Positions 58,958 to 64,000 of a stretch of DNA of 64,000 nucleotides are shown here, one piece after another; position 1 is the stretch's first letter, and each line of letters opens with the position of its first letter. The position numbers were made by a program, and so were the translations under genes. The notes under the pieces are model-generated. The model saw only the letters and a list, made by a program, of their open reading frames with translations. It was not told the origin of the DNA and ran no database searches. This DNA is from Macrostomum lignano (Eukaryota): the NCBI GenBank assembly GCA_002269645.1, contig NIVC01001238.1, positions 62,001 to 126,000 of the forward strand. The letters run 5' to 3'.

Positions 58958-59847
58958 TATTTGTTATAATAATTGTCTATTATTATATTGGCGCGAATTT
59001 GACTGTCACCTTAAATTTATTTAAAGCTTGTCGCGTTTTAACTGAATGTGAGGACTTCTATTATATGACATTGGCTATCTTTTTTATAATTGGAATCATC
59101 TTTCCATTATTTTGCTGCTTCTGAAAGCTCAGATGCTTTGAAAAGTCTTAATTGCTTTTGTTGCTTTTATTTTATTCTTGAAAAAATTTGCCACAAAAAT
59201 TACTAATACAAACAGTTTATACACTACATAAGTTAGGCATTTTTATACATACCAGATCAGCTGTACTCGTTTACTTAGTACAAAGGCCGGTGCTACCGCT
59301 ATTTTTCTACAAGGCAATTCTCTGCTTCTATCTTGTTCTTGTCTTCTTTTGCTGCTTTTAGTAGTAGCTGTATTATTATTAATTTTTAACAGTTGGCATT
59401 TTCTCTCTTTTTGTTTATTGAATTTGTGCACTGGCACATCACCCTACTCATACTCATAGTAGACTTAATATGTCTATGCAATGCCAGTAATGCTATATTG
59501 AACCGGGCCAATGTCATTGCTATTTATTTCCCTAATATTTTTGCCTAATATGATAATTATTGTCTACGCAATTTCAATTCACAGCGCAGAACCTAATATT
59601 GTCATTTTTAAAATATTTTTTCTTTCATGTTGATTGTCACTAGTCACTTCAGGGCATATATAGACTACTAGGCTAGGCTAGAGATAGAGATGATTGACCG
59701 ATGAGTGACAGCTAGAGATGAGTGACAGATAGAGAAGAGGGACAGCTAGTGGTATACTAATATTAGGCTAGTAGTGTATCACCTCTGACAGCTTGTTGTA
59801 TCTAATTAAATATATGAAATGGATTTCTGTCGGTCCGTCACAGTGGG

Positions 59848-62800
59848 ATGCTGACCCGCCTCTGGCCAGCTGGCGGGGCCGGCAGCAGCGGCGCAGCTGG
59901 AGGCGGCAGCGGCTTCACAAGAGCTGCCAGGATTGTGCTGGCACCGCCAGACTTCCAGGTGAGCGAATGAAGGATTGATTTGTCCTTTGCATTACTGAAG
60001 AGCTGTCACTTATCTAGCTGTCATTCATCTAGCTGTCACTCATCTAGATGTCACTCATCTAGCTCTCATCACTCATCTAGCTGTCACTCATCTAGCTCTC
60101 ATCACTCATCTAGCTGTCACTCTTCTAGCTGTCACTAATCTAGCTCTCATCACTCATCTAGCTGTCACTCATCTAGCTCTCATCACTAATCTAGCTGTCA
60201 CTCATCTCATCCAGCTGTCACTCATCTAGCTGTCAATCATCTAGCTCTCATCACTCATCTAGCTCTCATCACTCATCTAGCTCTCATCACTCATCTAGCT
60301 CTCATCACTCATCTAGCTGTCACTCTTCTAGCTGTCACTAATCTAGCTGTCACTCATCTCATCCAGCTGTCACTCATCTCATCCAGCTGTCACTCATCTA
60401 GCTGTCAATCATCTAGCTGTCATCACTTATCTAGCTCTCATCACTCATCTAGCTGTCACTCATCCAGCTGTCACTCATCTAGCTCTCATCACTCATCTAG
60501 CTCTCATCACTCATCTAGCTGTCACTCTTCTAGCTGTCACTAATCTAGCTGTCACTCATCTCATCCAGCTGTCACTCATCTCATCCAGCTGTCACTCATC
60601 TAGCTGTCAATCATCTAGCTGTCATCACTTATCTAGCTCTCATCACTCATCTAGCTCTCATCACTCATCTAGCTCTCATCACTCATCTAGCTCTCATCAC
60701 TCATCTAGCTGTCACTCTTCTAGCTGTCACTCTTCTAGCTGTCACTCATCTAGCTGTCACTCATCTCATCCAGCTGTCACTCATCTCATCCAGCTGTCAC
60801 TCATCTAGCTGTCAATCATCTAGCTGTCATCACTTATCTAGCTGTCATCACTCATCTAGCTGTCACTCATCCAGCTGTCACTCATCTAGCTGTCACTCAT
60901 CTCTAGCTGTCACTCATCTAGCTCTCATCACTCATGTAGCTGTCACTCATCTATCTCTCATCACTCATGTAGCTGTCACTCATCTAGCTATCACTCATCC
61001 TGCTGTCCCTCATCCAGCTGTCATCCTAGCTACTCTCCCACCCCATCACCCCCAGGTGAATCCCAGCTTGCTAATCGACTCCTACCTGGAGTGGCCGGTT
61101 CGCCTGCTGGGCTCCCTGTCCGGTGTCCGCAGCAACCGGGACATCAGCAACCGGGCCTACCTGCTCAGCTTGGTGGACTCAATCGAGCGCGGCATTCGTG
61201 GCAGTCGCTCCCCGCCTGTAGACGCCATGCTCAGCCTGAGCGTCTCCGGCCTCCGTCTGGAGCGCCGCGTCCAGCCGCAGCAGCAGCAACAGCCACCGCA
61301 GCAGATGCCCGAGGTGCTGCTCCGAGTTCCCGTGTCCCAGCTGCTCTCTGTGGCCTACGTCAGGGACTCCGACAGGCACCTGCTCGCGCTGCACTACAGC
61401 CCGGATGCCAACGGAACCAGCCAGCTCTGCGCCATGTCCGTCCACGCCAGGATCCACGCTCAGGTGAGCAGTTGTGCGACACCGGTGCCAGATGACTGTG
61501 AGACACCGGTGATGGATTGCTGATGTGAGACACCGGTGATGGATTGCTGATGTGAGATACCGGTGATGGATTGCTAATGTGAGACACCGGTGATGGATTG
61601 CTGATGTGAGACACCGGTGATGGATGATGGATTGCTGATGTGTGAGACACCGGTGATGGATTGCTGATGTGAGACACCGGTGATGGATGATGGATTGCTG
61701 ATGTGTGAGACACCGGTGATCGATTGTTGATGTGAGACAGCGGTGATGGATTGCTAATGGGAGAAACGGGTGATTCATTGCTGATGTGAGACACGGGTGA
61801 TTGATTGCTGATGTGAGATACCGGTGATGGATTGCTAATGTGAGACAGCGGTGATGGATTGCTGATGTGAAATACCTGTTGTACATAATGAGACACCTGT
61901 TGTACATAATGAGACACCTGTTGTACATAATGGGACACCTGTTGTACATAATGAGACACCTGTTGTACATAATGAGACACCTGTTGTACATAATGAGACA
62001 CCTGTTGTACATAATGACACCTGTTGTACATAATGACACACCTGTTGTACATAATGACACACCTGTTGTACATAATGAGACACCTGTTGTACATAATGAG
62101 ACACCTGTTGCGGATACTCAGTCGCAGCTCAGTGATTCTACAACATTTGATCTTCCCCAACCCCTTCATCCTCTCAGGAGATCTGCGCGGTGGCCCGACA
62201 GCTGCTGCAGCTCGCCTACACGGAGGCCACTTTGGAATTCTTCGACCGCGCCCTCGGTGGCGCTGCTTCAACATCCGGCGGCGCCCCTTCGACATCCGGC
62301 GCCTCCGTGCTCGGCGGCGGCGGCCACAGCGGCAGCGGGGGCGGCAGCGGAGACAGCGGCAGGGCCGGCGGCGGCGGAGCCCGCACGGCAACGGACTCGA
62401 ACGCCACCCCGGTGACCTCGACAGCCAGCAGCCCCGTGATTGGCCGGCGCGACAACCCGCAGGAGGCGGTGAGCAGCCTCGCCGGCAGCCTGGCGTCCAG
62501 CCTGAGCCGCCAGGAGCTGGTCACGTTCGGGCAGCTGTTCCGTGCCTGGTCCTCCGGCGCCTCCTCCTTCGCTGGCAGCGTTCGGCCCCAGCTGGAGCGG
62601 CTGTTCCCGGCTGAGCGGAGCCACCTGCTGCTGGGCCTGCGGCCCTTCATCCCGGCCAGGGATCACCAGGCTTTCGATGAGTTTCTGCATGACCGCGGCC
62701 TTAGACCGACCGGTTACAGTCGCTCGGTGAGCATCGGGAGCACCGCCAGCAGCGTGCGAAGTCGGGACTCCAGCGAGGTCGATCTGGACCAGGCTCTCGG

Positions 62801-63500
62801 CTCCATCGTTGCTCAGGTGAGCCATCGGGGATGAGGATTTTGGGACTGAAATCTCTAAGTTCCCTGGCGGTTAAGAATATATCCGGTAGTCCCAATTCCG
62901 ACTCTAGAAGTCCCGATCCCGACTCCAGAAGTCCCGATAGAAGTCCCGATCCCGACTCTAGAAGTCCCGATCCCAACTCTAGAAGGGCCGATCCCGACTA
63001 GTAGTCCCGATCCCGACTCTAGTAGTCCCGATCCCGACTCTAGAAGTCCCGATCCCGACTCTAGAAGTCCAGTCCCGATAGAAGTCCCGATCCCGACTCT
63101 AGAAGTCCCGTTCCCAACTCTAGAAGGGCCGATCCCGACTAGTAGTCCCGATCCCGACTCTAGAAGGGCCGATCCCACCTTTGAGATTCTTTAAATCATG
63201 ATCCTGAATGTAAAAATCCCGAGTCGGAATTTCGAGAAGAATTGACCTTCATTTGTCCTTAACCTTTCCTCTCCCCAGGTGCAGCGGCTGGACATGAGCC
63301 AGCAGCAGTTTGCCCAGCCCAGCTACTCCCGCTCCGTGTCCGCCGCCTCCGCCTCAACTGCCGGCCGGTCGCCCGGACAGCCGCACAAGTACCTCGCGCT
63401 GGACGGACTCGAAGATTCCGCCTCCATGGTGGCGCCGGCGGACTCCGGGCGAAGTCCCGTCAAGGAGCTCTCGCCGATGGGTCACGCGCACAGATTCTAA
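59848..63500 (+). CDS. CCM2: Cerebral cavernous malformations 2 protein (malcavernin), PTB plus harmonin-homology domain (~459 aa, 4 exons)
   Basis: Exons 59848-59958, 61056-61463, 62178-62816, 63279-63500; GT-AG, phase 0. PTB (DAMLSLS..LLRVPVSQLLSVAYVRD..HLL), YTEATLEFFDRA, and HHD (LSRQELVTFGQL..LLLGLRPFIPARDHQAFDEFL). Confidence 0.92.
60005..61025. repeat. 15/18-bp minisatellite (CTCATCTAGCTGTCA)n in CCM2 intron 1
   Basis: Tandem periodicity with higher-order blocks. Confidence 0.95.
61495..62110. repeat. Two adjacent minisatellites in CCM2 intron 2: ~27-bp (GAGACACCGGTGATGGATTGCTGATGT)n, then 21-bp (GAGACACCTGTTGTACATAAT)n
   Basis: Tandem periodicity; both units share the GAGACACC core; the switch occurs near 61870. 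Confidence 0.93.
62890..63180. repeat. 21-bp minisatellite (AGAAGTCCCGATCCCGACTCT)n in CCM2 intron 3
   Basis: Tandem periodicity. Confidence 0.92.
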
Positions 63501-63509
63501 CTGGCCTTG

Positions 63510-63925
63510 CCGTCTGTTTATCCTTAATCCCGCTGTCTGTTTATCCTTAATCCCGCTGTCTGTTTATCCTTAATCCCGCTGTCTGTTTATCCTTAATCCC
63601 GATGTCTGTTTATCCTTAATCCCGCTGTCTGTTTATCCTTAATCCCGCTGTCTGTTTATCCTTAATCCCGATGTCTGTTTATCCTTAATCCCGCTGTCTG
63701 TTTATCCTTAATCCCGCTGTCTGTTTATCCTTAATCCCGCTGTCTGTTTATCCTTAATCCCGCTGTCTGTTTATCCTTAATCCCGCTGTCTGTTTATCCT
63801 TAATCCCGCTGTCTGTTTATCCTTAATCCCGATGTCTGTTTATCCTTAATCCCGCTGTCTGTTTATCCTTAATCCCGCTGTCTGTTTATCCTTAATCCTA
63901 CTGTATGTTTGTCCTTAATCCCTCT
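63510..63925. repeat. 23-bp minisatellite (TTATCCTTAATCCCGCTGTCTGT)n just after the CCM2 stop codon
   Basis: Tandem periodicity, ~17 copies. Confidence 0.95.
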
Positions 63926-64000
63926 GTCCGCTTATCCTTAATCCCCACTTACTCATCTCACTCTCCCATTATATCAATTTGAGGTGATCACTATAATTCA

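Overview
Eukaryotic (metazoan) genomic DNA. GC-rich exons with poly-Ala/poly-Gln runs, very AT-rich intergenic stretches and a different minisatellite in most introns suggest a flatworm such as Macrostomum; this is inferred from composition and cannot be confirmed without a search. Seven protein-coding genes were rebuilt by hand with consistent splice phases: an Id/emc-type HLH gene (-), ASPM/abnormal spindle (+, 7 exons), AXDND1 (-, 11 exons), intronless SPATA6 (-), ACAA2 thiolase (+, 2 exons), TOPBP1 (+, 3 exons, probable GC-AG intron) and CCM2/malcavernin (+, 4 exons). There is also a candidate small secreted-protein gene (-). Mobile DNA includes a 2.2-kb Mutator/Foldback-like element with ~400-bp TIRs and a perfect 9-bp TSD, two related hAT-like MITEs, a decayed non-LTR retrotransposon 3' end and a possible Helitron-type 5' end. 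No CRISPR, rRNA or intact tRNA was found. The main leads are: (1) an ASPM with only ~7 IQ motifs plus ~70 in-frame EQERL pentapeptides encoded by a minisatellite with a 240-bp higher-order repeat; (2) two same-strand gene runs with ~0.85-1 kb spacers and unpaired splice acceptors before the start codons, consistent with SL trans-spliced operons; (3) a MITE whose internal segments have expanded into satellites; (4) the orphan secreted-peptide gene. Family assignments come from recalled motif similarity, not from database searches.
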